NCBI RefSeq assembly: GCF_006345805.1
Contig: NC_043009.1
Span: 20,832,001-20,896,000 of the forward strand
Direction: 5' to 3'
Source of the DNA: Octopus sinensis
Taxonomy: Eukaryota
Length of the DNA: 64,000 bases
Within the stretch, counting starts at the first letter, position 1; each line of letters begins with the position of its first letter. Position numbers and translations under genes: made by a program. A model generated the notes under the pieces. It did not search any database, was not told where the DNA came from, and saw nothing but the letters and a program-made list of their open reading frames with translations. Positions 35,152-47,303 of the stretch are shown piece by piece.

Positions 35152-36301
35152 TGTAGCAATACCGTTACACTCATTGCTGTCTTCACTGTTTGAGAAGAGT
35201 ATTAAGAATAATCTCGTTCGAGATTACAAACATCTTCGGCTAGTTTAACATTGTTGTAAACACCAAATCGATTGGCTGACACGTGGTCTCTACTACGTTC
35301 GCACCGCTGGTTGTCACGTGACGCGATTTGCCTCCGCTTATTTTCGCGCCATTGTTCCAAGCAGCCAATCACAGCTTTCCATTTCTGAAGTTCGTTTTGA
35401 GCCATATAAACCTTATATAAAGAAGGGTTCTCAGACAAATATCCGTCTTAGGTTTTTAGTTCTTTTCAGAACTAACTTCTGACCACAGAGTTCGTCTTTG
35501 GTTCAAGTCCTTCTCAGGGCGAACCTCTGACCACACAGAGCTCGTCTTTGGTTCTAATTCTTCTCAGAACGAACCTCTGACCACACAGAGCATACTCGAC
35601 CATGTTCCAGTTCGAAAGGCAGGCGACCACCATTATATCAAGAGAAAAATAACCAAGCAGAATATATGATGAAGACGCAGCAAAAACCAAGCGACAGACA
35701 CAACTCATCGCCAAACATCGAAGATTTAATTTGTACACAAGGCAACTACAGATTCAACTCTAGCGGTTAGGTGAAAATATTACCACGGGAAAAACGACTA
35801 CGGTTAATATATCTGGAAGTATATTCATATCAAGAGAAAGATAAACACAACAAGTGATTCAATTAATCACGAGACGCAACATCTTGATGTGGAACTCTTA
35901 CCCTCCGTGTACCTCATAAACGGTAAATCAATTATCTGTCTTGAGTTCTAGTTCTTATAAGAACTACCTTAAGCCATCTGCTACTACCTGTTGCTAGGCT
36001 GATACCAACAACATGAACTGTGAACCAAATTCCATTGTTATTCCTCTGGTCAGTACCTTTTATGCCTCACGAACACACAGACACAAAAACATGCTAACAC
36101 TTACGAACTCTTAAAATTTACACGATTGTAAAATATGTAAAATAAATAATGTATATATCTCAAAAAGAAATCTTGTTGTCATTCCACTTGTGTTCTATTG
36201 CCGCTGCATGTATTATATGGTCAGTAAATACTCATTAAGAATGGGATCGCGTGCGATTGTATTCCCTATACGATACGACCGCATGTGATCCTATTTTTAT
36301 A
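35152..36301 (+). mobile_element. Solo-LTR-like insertion (1150 bp) inside the LINE RT
   Basis: Splits LINE sequence GACACAATGCAGC|AATGGATC; 4-bp TSD CAGC; begins TGTAG; CCAAT boxes, E-box, TATA (~35414) and AATAAA (~36142). Confidence 0.8.
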
Positions 36302-37161
36302 CAGCAATGGATCACAGATTGGCAACTGAAACTGGCTGTGGACAAGTGTACCACCATGCATTTTGGGAGAAAAAAACCCTGCGTCCACATACTCCCTCCA
36401 CAACACTGATATCAAGAAATCCTCTTGCGAGCGTGACCTAGGCATCACTGTCAGCAGTGATTTGCGTTGGACAAAGCATATCTCTAAAATTGTCAAGAAG
36501 GCCGAGGGTGTCTTGGCATCACTCAGCAAGACTTTTGTTAGCCGCTCTCCAGCCATCTATTTAAAGCTGTATACAGCTATGGTACGACCACACTTGGAAT
36601 TCGCATCATCAGTTTGGAACCCCTATCTTGCTCAGAACATTGACCTCCTGGAATCTGTTCAGAGACGTGCAACCAAACGCATACCCTCCATCAGACACCT
36701 ACCATACTCTGAGCGCCTTGTTTCCCTGGGCATGGATTCACTGAAGCTCCGGTGTCTGGCGATGGACTTGGTAAACACCCACAAAGTTATCAACCACCTC
36801 ACCAACAACAACACTGAACACCTTTTTGATCTCCATGTGTCCAACACACGTGGACATGCCTACAAAGTCAGAAAAAGCACAGCTACCATGACTTTCGGAA
36901 ACATTTTTTCACGCTCAGAGTTGCTGAAGCATGGAACAAACTGCCTGCGTCAGTTGTCGACTTCCATGACACTGTATCCTTTAAGGCCCCCATGCTTTCC
37001 GAAATCCGCCGAAACTACACCTGATTGTCCCCCTTCCATACTCATACACATGTGTATGTCATGACTCATGCACTGTTCTTTTCCTGACGCTTGTACATTA
37101 CCCTATGTACTATACATACACTTTATATGAGTTGTAGTGCACCTGAGCACTGTACACAATG

Positions 37162-37247
<86 letters not shown>

Positions 37248-38115
37248 TATACCTAATATCCTGGCTCAGTAATGTGGCACATTTTATTTGTTAAGAACAC
37301 ATGAAACTTCCGGTTTTTGGAAAAAATGTATTGTATTTCAATTTCATTTTATTTTTTTGAAATAAACTAATCGACTCTTATTCAAATAAATTGAATTTCT
37401 CTTCGTTAAATTATTGCATCATTTATATGTTGATAATTTCCTTTCAATATTTTATTTTTCTGTCGATTATCTGATAAAAACACACTCGTATGTTGTGTGT
37501 GTGTATACGTGTGTCTTACACATACGCACACATAATGTATTGCATATACACACACACAGTAAGCGACAAATACAAAAATGGTTTAAATAAATTAGTAATT
37601 TATTTACTGAAAGTAATGATTTAATATTAATTTTTTAAAAATCTCCAATATAACAGTATTCTTTTAGTTTATTCAAGATTTAGTTGAGAAATTAATAATT
37701 TTCCGTTATTAATTAATAATAGGAAGGTGCGAGATTAAGTCTTCGTTAATATTATTTACTGCTGAACACTTGTTATTGTCACAACTTGAGAGAGAAAGGT
37801 TAGAAAATGTTGTTTTGGGGTTTTTTAAAATTAATTATTTCTTATTTTGAAATTAGATTCGGCTAGGATAAATTATAGCAACCAGTTGTTTCGACTTTAG
37901 AATTAGTTTTTTAGACATTATACTTATCTTGTTTAAAGCTTATATGTCTTTTTTTTCTCTTTGCATGTCCCACCTCAGAATATTTCCACTCATCACCCTT
38001 AATTGATTTCGCTCATTTTAGTTTATTATAAACTCAGTCTTTTGTTGTAACATTTTTAAAGGTTCTGATATTTCAAACCTACATATATTCACTCACATAG
38101 TGAGTGTGTGTATAC

Positions 38116-38180
<65 letters not shown>

Positions 38181-40514
38181 TAGTGGTAAGACCATAACGA
38201 ATCTATTTCTAGCATAAGGATGTCCACATAGTGGTTTCCCTCTAATATATATATATATATATATATATATCAATGTATCTTACACTCGTATGTCTGTACA
38301 TATATAATAGTTTTTGTGGCAATGTTTGTATTTAAAAAACCCACTTTAAAACAATTAGATGTTTTTGTGCTTTGGTACGTTTTTATTAAATGCAAAATCC
38401 TTTGTATAAGTGCTTAGGGGACTAAACTATTTAAAGGATTTTCATATTTCAATTAGTCATGTAACTCATTATAGAAGTGTTGTAATATGCTTTCTGAGTT
38501 TTCACTGATATTTCAACTGACCTTTCTTTCTATATACAAAAAGTTTCTATTAATATTTAAGTTCGAACACTTTGCCATTGAAGTCCACAGGCTTAGATTA
38601 TCATCCTATAAAATAAACAGTCGTAATTTATTTAAATTATTGAAGTAAAATAGCGTAAGGATTATTTCAGTTTATATAAGGTTTAAACATTTTTACTAAA
38701 ACTGACTACCTCACCATTTTAAATCTTAGTTAGAGACTAACTTGTCCTGACACTGTTTATGACACCTGTCAACAACAGTCTTGTAATAATAATTCACAAA
38801 ATTTAAACAAATTCTCGTAAATATTTTAATAGAAAATAAAGGTTGGCACATTCGAATATAAATTGGAAGGATTCAGATTCTAATATTTAAACTACTCTCC
38901 GAAATCTGTTGCGACATCATCTTTCTAAATTATTCTCAGATGTCTTTAACTAAAAATCATTCCATGGAGATGGGAATATTTATTCATGAATCCGATTTCA
39001 ATAAATTCGTTCTGTTAGAAAGTTCTGCTGTAACTTGATTTTGTCACACTAAACTGTCAGGTGGCCACATGTTCATAAGAGATTATTTAGTTCCGCGCCA
39101 ACTGTTATTCAGTAAACGTCTGATGAAAGGTGATTAACCCCCGTTCACAACCTCATCTAAAGTGTCTTTGTAAACAGTAGTGCTTAAGTTTGAGGAGATC
39201 TGGCTATTTCTCATATCCATGTAGAGAAAAAAATAACTCGACAAAGAAGTGGTTTTGTTCTTCATATTTGCTGACCAACTATTCTTGAAGCAATGGCTTC
39301 AAATGTCGAACAGTTTCGTCAAAATCCTAGAACTCCATAATGATAGATATAGGTCAATTAACTGATTAATTACAAAATCATAGGTGTCATTATTAGAAAT
39401 TTGCAACAGCAGTTTTGACGATTATATATATAAAGTAAGAAGTGTTTCCATTTCTGAACTGAAATTATAAACACGTCTATGGTTACTAAGGAGAGGAATG
39501 GTTCTTCATGTTTTATTTTGAAAAACAAAATACTGATGACTCACTCTGTCGTTGCTCGGGTTTCTGGCGATTCTCTGCGATTATTCAAGTCATTGAAACC
39601 TTTCATGTCAACACTGTTATTCCTTTAACACTAATATATTCATATCAAAATGTCAGTGTTGCTGCTGTTTTCATTGCTGTGGAGTATTTAAGGATATTCT
39701 TTAAATCATCATCACTTGATGTTATTTATAATGTTGGGTTAAGCGGTTCTGAAGAAATATTTCTCTTTAATTTGTCTGTTCTTTGTTAATTATGAGATCT
39801 TTTGGAAGCTTTATTTAATTCTGTACCCTGTATTCTATTTATTACCAGTTCATAAGACATATACTTTGTGGTTTTGTTGTTAACCCCACGTAAAGTCTCA
39901 ACTAGTAGATCTATAATAATGACAGTCAAAACTCCATCAGACTATTTTGAAGTAATGAAAGACTACATTTATCTTGGTGTTCGTCCCTGTTTTAAACGAC
40001 AGTGTTTTATTTTGATTTAAGGGTGATTTGGCTATTATTTCTAACAGATGATTAGTATCATCTCTGTTCTAGATATGTTCCAACAATATTTATGGCTGCT
40101 AAAATATTTAATGATTTCTCTATTGCTGATAATCGAATTGTCCCTTAACTTGCAACACGGTACATTATTTATACTGCATTATGGTTCTGATTCGTTAGCG
40201 TGTTATTTGAGGGTGGTTCAGCTGATCTTTCTAGCAGATGTCATAAGCTCTCCATCGTTGACTACCTCGCCTTTTAGTAGATCGTCTACTTGTGTATCCT
40301 TTTCACCTGAGAGTGTATTTTGGCTGTTATGTCTAGCAGATCAATCCATTGTACTGAGGCTACCCCCCAGGTTTTATACCATGGAGTTTATCAAAGAAAT
40401 TCTAGTCGATCAGTTTATTTAAAAAATTCTATATCTTGGTCCTTTCTAAATGTTCCATGTTTGGGTAAAAAAATCAATTTTTATAAGTTTTCTTTTGTCT
40501 ACATGAATATTATA

Positions 40515-40873
40515 GGCGCAGGAGTGGCTGTGTGGTAAGTAGCTTGCTTACCAACCACATGGTTCCGGGTTCACCTTGGGCAAGTGTCTTCTACTATAGC
40601 CTCGGGCTGACCAAAGCCTTGTGAGTGGATTTGGTAGACGGAAACTGAAAGAAGCCCGTCGTATATATGTGTGTTTGTTTGTCCTCCCAACATCGCTTGA
40701 CAACCGATGCTGGTGTGTCTACGTCCCCGTAACTTAGCTGTTCAGCAAAAGAGAACCGATAGAATAAGTACTAGGCTTACAAAGAATAAGTCCTGGGGTC
40801 GATTTGCTCGACTAAAGGCGGTGCTCCAGCATGGCCGCAGTCAAATGACTGAAACACGTAAAAAGAGAAAGAG
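40515..40873 (+). mobile_element. SINE family 1 with a small head deletion
   Basis: Aligns with 32968-33380; lacks GTCCCACTGCGTGGCA after the B-box start. Confidence 0.9.
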
Positions 40874-41157
40874 ATTTGCGCAGGAGGCCTACTTATTTTA
40901 GATAGCTGTATTTTTTAACTGGCAAACCTTTTCAAAATTATATCTGGTTATTTAATTGAATATTAAACTAACAATAACTATTAGTTTCTAACACTAGATT
41001 AAAAACTATCTTAATCTTCTTGTGTCTGGGAACGATGAAAGACGAAATCTATCCCAGTGGGTTGTCAATTATTTGTTATTGAAGAGCAGGTTGTCTAACA
41101 CTTTACAAATATATATCAGTTCTTCACCAAGAAGTTTGCTTCCCATCTACATGTTTT

Positions 41158-41272
41158 TGGGTTCAGTCCCACTGTGTGGCACATTGGGCAAGTGTCTTCT
41201 ACTGTAGGCAGTGTCCCACCATGGTCCCCGTCTAATGACTGAAACAAGTAAAAGATAAAAGATTTATATAGA
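41158..41272 (+). mobile_element. Internally deleted SINE family 1 derivative
   Basis: Head (GGGTTCAGTCCCACTG..TTCTACT) joined directly to 3' end (..AATGACTGAAACAAGTAAAAGAT). Confidence 0.7.
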
Positions 41273-44026
41273 ATCTTGCATTTTCAAAGATTATTTAAGT
41301 AACAATAACTTCCTCATTAACATCTTTTAATTAAACATTTCGTCATTCTCACATAATTAAGATGGACAGTTCTCAAAGCAAATATTTTGCCTGTTATCTA
41401 TTATTTATGCTGTATTGCCCTCCTGTTGCTGTTTAGCTAAATGGCAGAATTGGTAGAGTATCAGACAAACTGCTCTGCAATATTGTAGTTCTTTAAGTTC
41501 TGAGTTCATATCCCATGGAATCAACTTTATCTTTCATCTCTTTGAAGGGGTTTATTTAACTGGTTGTACACCATTATTCAAGGTGTATGATTTAGAATCT
41601 AGTTTTGAAATTTTTGTTAAGCTGTATATGAAGACCCATGCTATTGATGAATCTCTTAATTTTCATTACCAATTAATATTGTTGATTTACATCTTAATTC
41701 TTCTAGTTTGAAATCTTCTAAGTTTTGATTGATTCTTTTATAAAAACCATTTTTTACTCAGTGGTTTCTTTCCAAGTTATTTGTTTCTGAATTTTAACAT
41801 TAGGTCATAATAAACCAAACTGGTGAAAAATAGAATAAACTGTCTGTGAGTAATCTAAATTTTAAACTCTTTAATTTCATTAATTCTGACTTGAATCTCA
41901 TCCTTTGTTTTAAATGTTTTGTGCAACCCTCTCTTCGCATATATCTTATTGTCTGGATATCATTAGTGCATTTGTTCATTATGTTCTTGTCCCATGTTAA
42001 TATTTCACCTTGATTCACATGTTCAGTAACAAGGATTTGCAAAGGTCATAAACACACTTTATTACGAACTAATAAAAACAAAAATGTAGCCATTGTTAAC
42101 ATCTGGACCTTATCTGACCTCTTTGCGCTCTTAAAAGTAAATATATTGCCAATTAGGATTATGGTAAATTTTCTTACCTCCTACAATCTAGCATTTTCTC
42201 TGTCTCGAACTGGAGCACAAATATTTTAAGCTCTACTATTTAAATTTGTCACATTTAATTGATAAACGCACAAATTTGGGGTATACTTCAAAGATACAGT
42301 TTTGTTTTCATGAACCTTCCACAGCTTTGATACCATTATTGTAAACTTAGAATACTTAAAGTCGACTCTATTTTTCATTGACAAAACTTGGCCGGGAAAA
42401 ATATAACTTTCTAAATTACCTTAAAATCTTTTCCTTTTGTCCATTTTCAACAACCAACTGTATACAATGACAGGGTTCAGGGTAAATTTCTCAAGAAGTT
42501 TGCACCCCATCTTCTCTCTATTCAAAGCCAAGAGATGCTCACTAGGTCTGATACAATTCTTCAATGTCCAGGCATTTCATTTATAGACATTTTTCAATCT
42601 TTCACTTACAAACTCTGCTAGGTTTTCCAATGTCATCCAACTGTATGCTAATGACACATTTAAACTTTCAATCCTTGTTCTAAAAGATATTAGTAAAGTG
42701 ACACTCTGTAACTTGAGCTGTAATTTACAAATTTCTTATTACTAGTTAGTTTGTAAACACAAGGTATCAAAAAAGCCCAAATCCCCTAAGTTTACAATTT
42801 GGCAGCTTAATTATGACTAAATCAACTTTTTGTGAACAAGTTACAAATGATGGAGGTGTAAGCTCACAAATCAGGTATTATTTTGGACTTTCCAGTGTTT
42901 TTTTTAATTCTATAATAAACTGAATCCTTTTGGTTTTGATTTGCTGTTGGAAATACTAATAAACCGATTGAAATATTTGGTTCCCGGTTGTGTTATTGTA
43001 CTTGGTATAATGAAGGAATAAAATAATGTGGTGAGGGGAAGAAAATATTAACCTAATGACTAATTTTATTTACTCTTGACTCCCAGCTTTATTTATTTTG
43101 ATTGTCATTTCTTTCTTGATATTCAGCTCTGGTCTCATTAAGAAAGTTGGTTTACCTGAAACAAATTCTAAACAATCAGTTACTTGGAATTTATTTTTCT
43201 GTTTTCTTTCAAACTTTCTGTTGCTAATTACTTCTTAATTACTAGTTTGTTGCAATGTATAATTATCAGCCTTGAAAGTTAGCAATAATTATTTAGAAGT
43301 TCATCAATATAGATTTTTTTAATAAATGAAGATTTTCTGTTAAAGCCCATCAATATTTGATAAATGTAGATGGCTTGTGACTTTAAAATGTTTGCTCAGA
43401 ATAAAATAGTAATTTGTAGAATGGACATTTGGATGGTAGAAGTTAAAGAGACTTTTCTAGAATTGGTTCAAGTTGTTCAGTTTCATACCTTGGAATATAT
43501 ATTTCAGTAGATATTATTGAGTAAATTTAGGGATTTTGGAAATAAGTTTTTCTTTCAGTTTTTCTGAATTTTGTAAGAAATCAGTTGGATATTTTTGGTT
43601 TGATATTGGCCTTCTCTTTTGCTAGTGACGAACAGTGGAAGTTCAGCTGTTTTTTGTTTTGTTTGACCCGGAATTGGTTCCATAGTTGCTTGAACCCTGT
43701 CTACAATAGGAATAGGATAAAAGGGTAGGGTGTAATTGTTGTAGTTAATAAATTTTATTTAAATTTCTGTAGGTTAGTAACAGTTAGTTTATTATATATA
43801 AACTGGATCTGATCGAAATATTCTTAAAAGATGGATCCTCAAGCGAAATCTTCCATAAAATGTTAATTGAGGTAAGTATTTAATGATTTTTATTGTCTTA
43901 TTACTATTAATTCTAGAAAGCTGCTGGTTGTGTGACATGATCAGCTCTGCTCAAATAGCTACTCTGAATATGTTATGTCAGTTTTGCTATATCTAATATT
44001 CTCTCACACATTGTTTCTAATAATAT

Positions 44027-45043
44027 TGTTACACTGCCACCACTCAGGACCCTAGGCATTCCGATTCCACCACGGGCCCTAAGTCACGATGACGACGCTC
44101 AGCAAACCAGAAATCCACCACGGAAAGCGGGGGAAGGCGGCGAACGCAGCCAGGAACCAACACAACAACAAAGAAAGAGACACAGCAGGCGGAGGTTGCG
44201 TGATTTAACAATTTTTTTTCAAAACAAAATCAAAACATTCCAAAACAAAGGTTGACAAATCATACACAGAGTTCGAAAAACAATAAATTGCATTTAAATA
44301 TAACACAGTTTGAAAAACCAAATCAAATGCATTTAAGCACAATACAGAGTTTGCAAAAAAAACACAAATCGTTCAACATTTGACTCAATACAGTTCGGTC
44401 TTTTTTTTAAGACAATTGTTTTGTTTACATTCAGTACAAAGTTCAAGATCAACAGTCTCTCTTGAGTTCCAAGTTCCTCTTTCTTTTCTTCCTTTCTCTT
44501 TTCTTTCCCTTTCTTTTTTTAAAACAGTTAAACATCGAAATTCAAACATAAATAAACATTACCGCATGTTCCTCGTCTGCAATACTTCCCTGAATCATCA
44601 CAAAACTCCCACTATATCAGTCTGGTTTCTCTCTGCCCCCTTCACTGTCATCTTCCTTACTTCCTCTCACTTGTCATCTCACATTCACTGTCTGTCTTTC
44701 TCCAGACCACGCTTGTCATCTTTGTTGTTGCCTCTCGCCGACCCCACCATCTCCATCTCACTCCCTTATCCGCTCCGCTCATGGTCCACCTGACTGACTC
44801 TCGCCAACTGACTAACCCCAATGCTAGCCGCATTTATAAAGGGTAGCATTTTTATTTTTTTAAAACTTTCCGTGACCGTGTTGGGATCATAGGTCACTGT
44901 CTAGGATCATTAATTGTCGTGGTCTTGACAGGACAAAGGAGATACCATTGTCCTGAACAACTGGAGCGCCGGTTCAATTCCAACTAATGGAACAAGGGGC
45001 ATAATATTTTCTTTTTGTTTACCTTTTTCTTACCTCCGTAACA
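44027..45043 (-). mobile_element. Solo LTR (1017 bp)
   Basis: TGTTAC..GTAACA termini, 4-bp TSD ATAT. Orientation inferred from TATAAA followed by TCAGT motifs on the minus strand. Confidence 0.8.
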
Positions 45044-45399
45044 ATATAAATGTTCTCTCTAATTAATGCCATATAGCCTTCTTTTACATAGTAGAAAAAT
45101 AAAATTGTTCTTTTATTTGGGCAAAGATGTGACTTATTAATTGCAGCTGTTGTAAAATAACTTTCTTGAATTTCTTAAAGTTAGACACTTTCCAAAATCA
45201 TTCGAATATTTTTAATATAAAGAAGCTTTTTATAATTTACAATTTCATTTTTAGACAACTAGCCATTTATTAATAATTTTGTTGTGTGACGAGAGAGTTG
45301 TTAGTAAGAACAAGTAAAATAAATTCCTTTAAATATTCATGTCACTGGAAGTAGTTGATAGCTTTTGTTAGCTAAGAATAGGGTGGAATAAGCTGAGGC

Positions 45400-45830
45400 A
45401 GCATCATGTTCCAGTGTCTGCTCTGGCATGTTTTCTCTGCTGGTAACAAAGAATTTCTCTTTTAAAGCGAAGAGCAGACAATGCTTGTGTACAAAGTGTA
45501 ATACTGCGTGGTAGCAAGACCTGGGCATTGATTTGCTTTGCTAGAAACAAGTGAAGTGGATTTGTAATGTTAGTACTTAATGGACGACATAGTATAAATG
45601 AACTGAGAGAAAAAGGTGGCTGTAAGAAGCAGCAGATATTGTGTGCAAGAGAGAAGCCTGCTTCTCTGAGCATGGGATGTGCATGAAGGAGAAGAGTTGT
45701 GTAAAGAAATGTTAAGCTGTTGAAGTGGATGGAAACCAAGGAAGACATGGAATGAAGTCATGGTGACTGATCTTAGGAAACTAAACCGCATGAAGGAGAT
45801 GATAAAGGACTATGGTGGTTGATGATGTAG
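45400..45830 (+). mobile_element. Highly decayed RTE C-terminal fragment
   Basis: Patchy similarity to the RTE end (VQERSL..VKKC..GRKTWNEV). Confidence 0.45.
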
Positions 45831-46079
45831 TGGTGGGGAAGAGCCATGAACTGATGCAAGCATGGCAAAATTGTTTTTTAATTATTAACCGTTTTATGTA
45901 TCTAAATATATATTTGCCATTCTGGGCAGATACTTTATTGACTCAGAAATAACGAAGGACAAAGTTAACCTAAGTGGAATTTGAACTCAGAATATAGTGG
46001 GCCAGGACAAATATTACAAGACATTCTATTTGCTGCTCTCACGTATCTGTCAATATCTGGTTGTCTCACCTCTATGCCT

Positions 46080-46345
46080 TGATCGCACTGCATGTTAAAA
46101 TCCCAGAGTATTTTGTAATGTTAGTTTTCCATTACTCCCTCTGGCTTGTGTTCATATCCTTGTTTGGCTCTCTCGAGGTTTGCTTTACTGCACAACAGCC
46201 AGTGCACATATCTGGCCACATTGTCATGTCTCCTTTTGTATCTGCATTGTGCAAGCTTACAGCACTCACTAACAATATGGCTTATACTTTCTCCCTTCTC
46301 AGAACACATCCTACACTGTGGTGAGTCAGTGCTTTTATCAGTGTG
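46080..46345 (-). mobile_element. R4/Dong-type (restriction-like endonuclease) retrotransposon fragment
   Basis: C..ESISHIVSECCKLAQCRYKRRHDNVARYVHWLLC matches the CCHC-RHD region of R2/R4-group elements. Confidence 0.75.
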
Positions 46346-46397
46346 ATATTTGGAGTAGTTTATTCTGAGAGCTTGTTCTGTTGCTGTTGTTGCAATG

Positions 46398-46620
46398 AGC
46401 TGGCAGAATTGTTTGCATGCCGGAAAAAGTGCTCAGCAGCATTTTGTTTGCCTTTACAATCTGAGTTCAAATTCTACTGCGGGTAACTTTGCCTTTCATC
46501 CTTTGAAGGTCAGTAAAATAAGTATCAGTTCGACATTGGCATTGAAATAATCAATTAACCCCACTCCCAAATTTCAGGCCTTGTGACTGCAATAGGAAGG
46601 ATTATTATTATTATTATTAT
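46398..46620 (+). mobile_element. SINE family 2 with (ATT)n tail
   Basis: tRNA-like head; core GCCTTTCATCCTTTGAAGGTCAGTAAAATAAGTATCAG resembles the Meta-domain-type core (recalled); TAT tail. Confidence 0.55.
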
Positions 46621-46829
46621 TTATCTCTCTCTCTCTCTATTAACCTCCCACCTTTATTCATAATCTTTTCCCATTCCTTTTCTTCTCTGTCCCCTTGCCT
46701 TCAGTGAATAACATATTATTAAGTAGTGAGGACTCTTTTAAACTTATTTGGTGCAAGGTAACCCCACCTGATTTGATGCCATGATTAATTGCACCCCTTA
46801 CACTCTGTAAAGGAGTTATAGACATGACA

Positions 46830-47230
46830 ACTGGCACTCGAGCCCCGTGCTAGTAGGGTATTAAGAGCACCATCCAAGCGTGATCGCTGCCAGAGTGGCT
46901 ATCCGGCTTCCGTGCTGGTGGCACGTAAAAGGCACCATTTGAGCGTGATTGTTACCAGCATCGCCTTACTGGCACCTGTGCCAGTGGCATGTGTAAAAGA
47001 TTCAAGCAAGGTCGTTGCCAGTACCGCCTGACTGGCCCCGTGCTGGTGGCATGTAAAAGCACCCACTACACTCATGGAGTGGTTGGCGTTAAGAAGGGCA
47101 TCCAGCTGTAGAAACCCTGCCAGATCAAGATTGAAGCCTGGTGCAGGCATCTGGTTCGCCGGCCCTCAGTCAAATCGTCCAACCTATGCTAGCATGGAAA
47201 GCGGATGTTAAACGTTGATGATGATGATGA
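46830..47230 (+). mobile_element. RTE 3' UTR fragment with (GAT)n tail
   Basis: Same family as the other RTE 3' ends; internal GTGC(T/C)GGTGGCA(C/T)GTAAAA subrepeats. Confidence 0.75.
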
Positions 47231-47303
47231 CAGCCTCTCCAATACTGGCATCCCTGTAAAATGCATCCGGTGCTTATCAAACAAATTCCTTTGAAATATT
47301 TGT

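Larger units (their letters stand above)
31500..37190 (+). mobile_element. Near full-length CR1-like LINE family A, interrupted by a SINE and a solo LTR
   Basis: ORF1 with PHD-like Cys pattern and polyQ; ORF2 LNARSL, ITETW, VYRPP, AGDFN, YLDFAKAF, YADD, VRPHLEFAS; (ATT)n tail at about 37165-37190. Confidence 0.92.

Noticed and set aside
41800-43900. Very old L1-like LINE on the minus strand
   Set aside because: Only vague motif echoes in AT-rich sequence; not supportable by eye.
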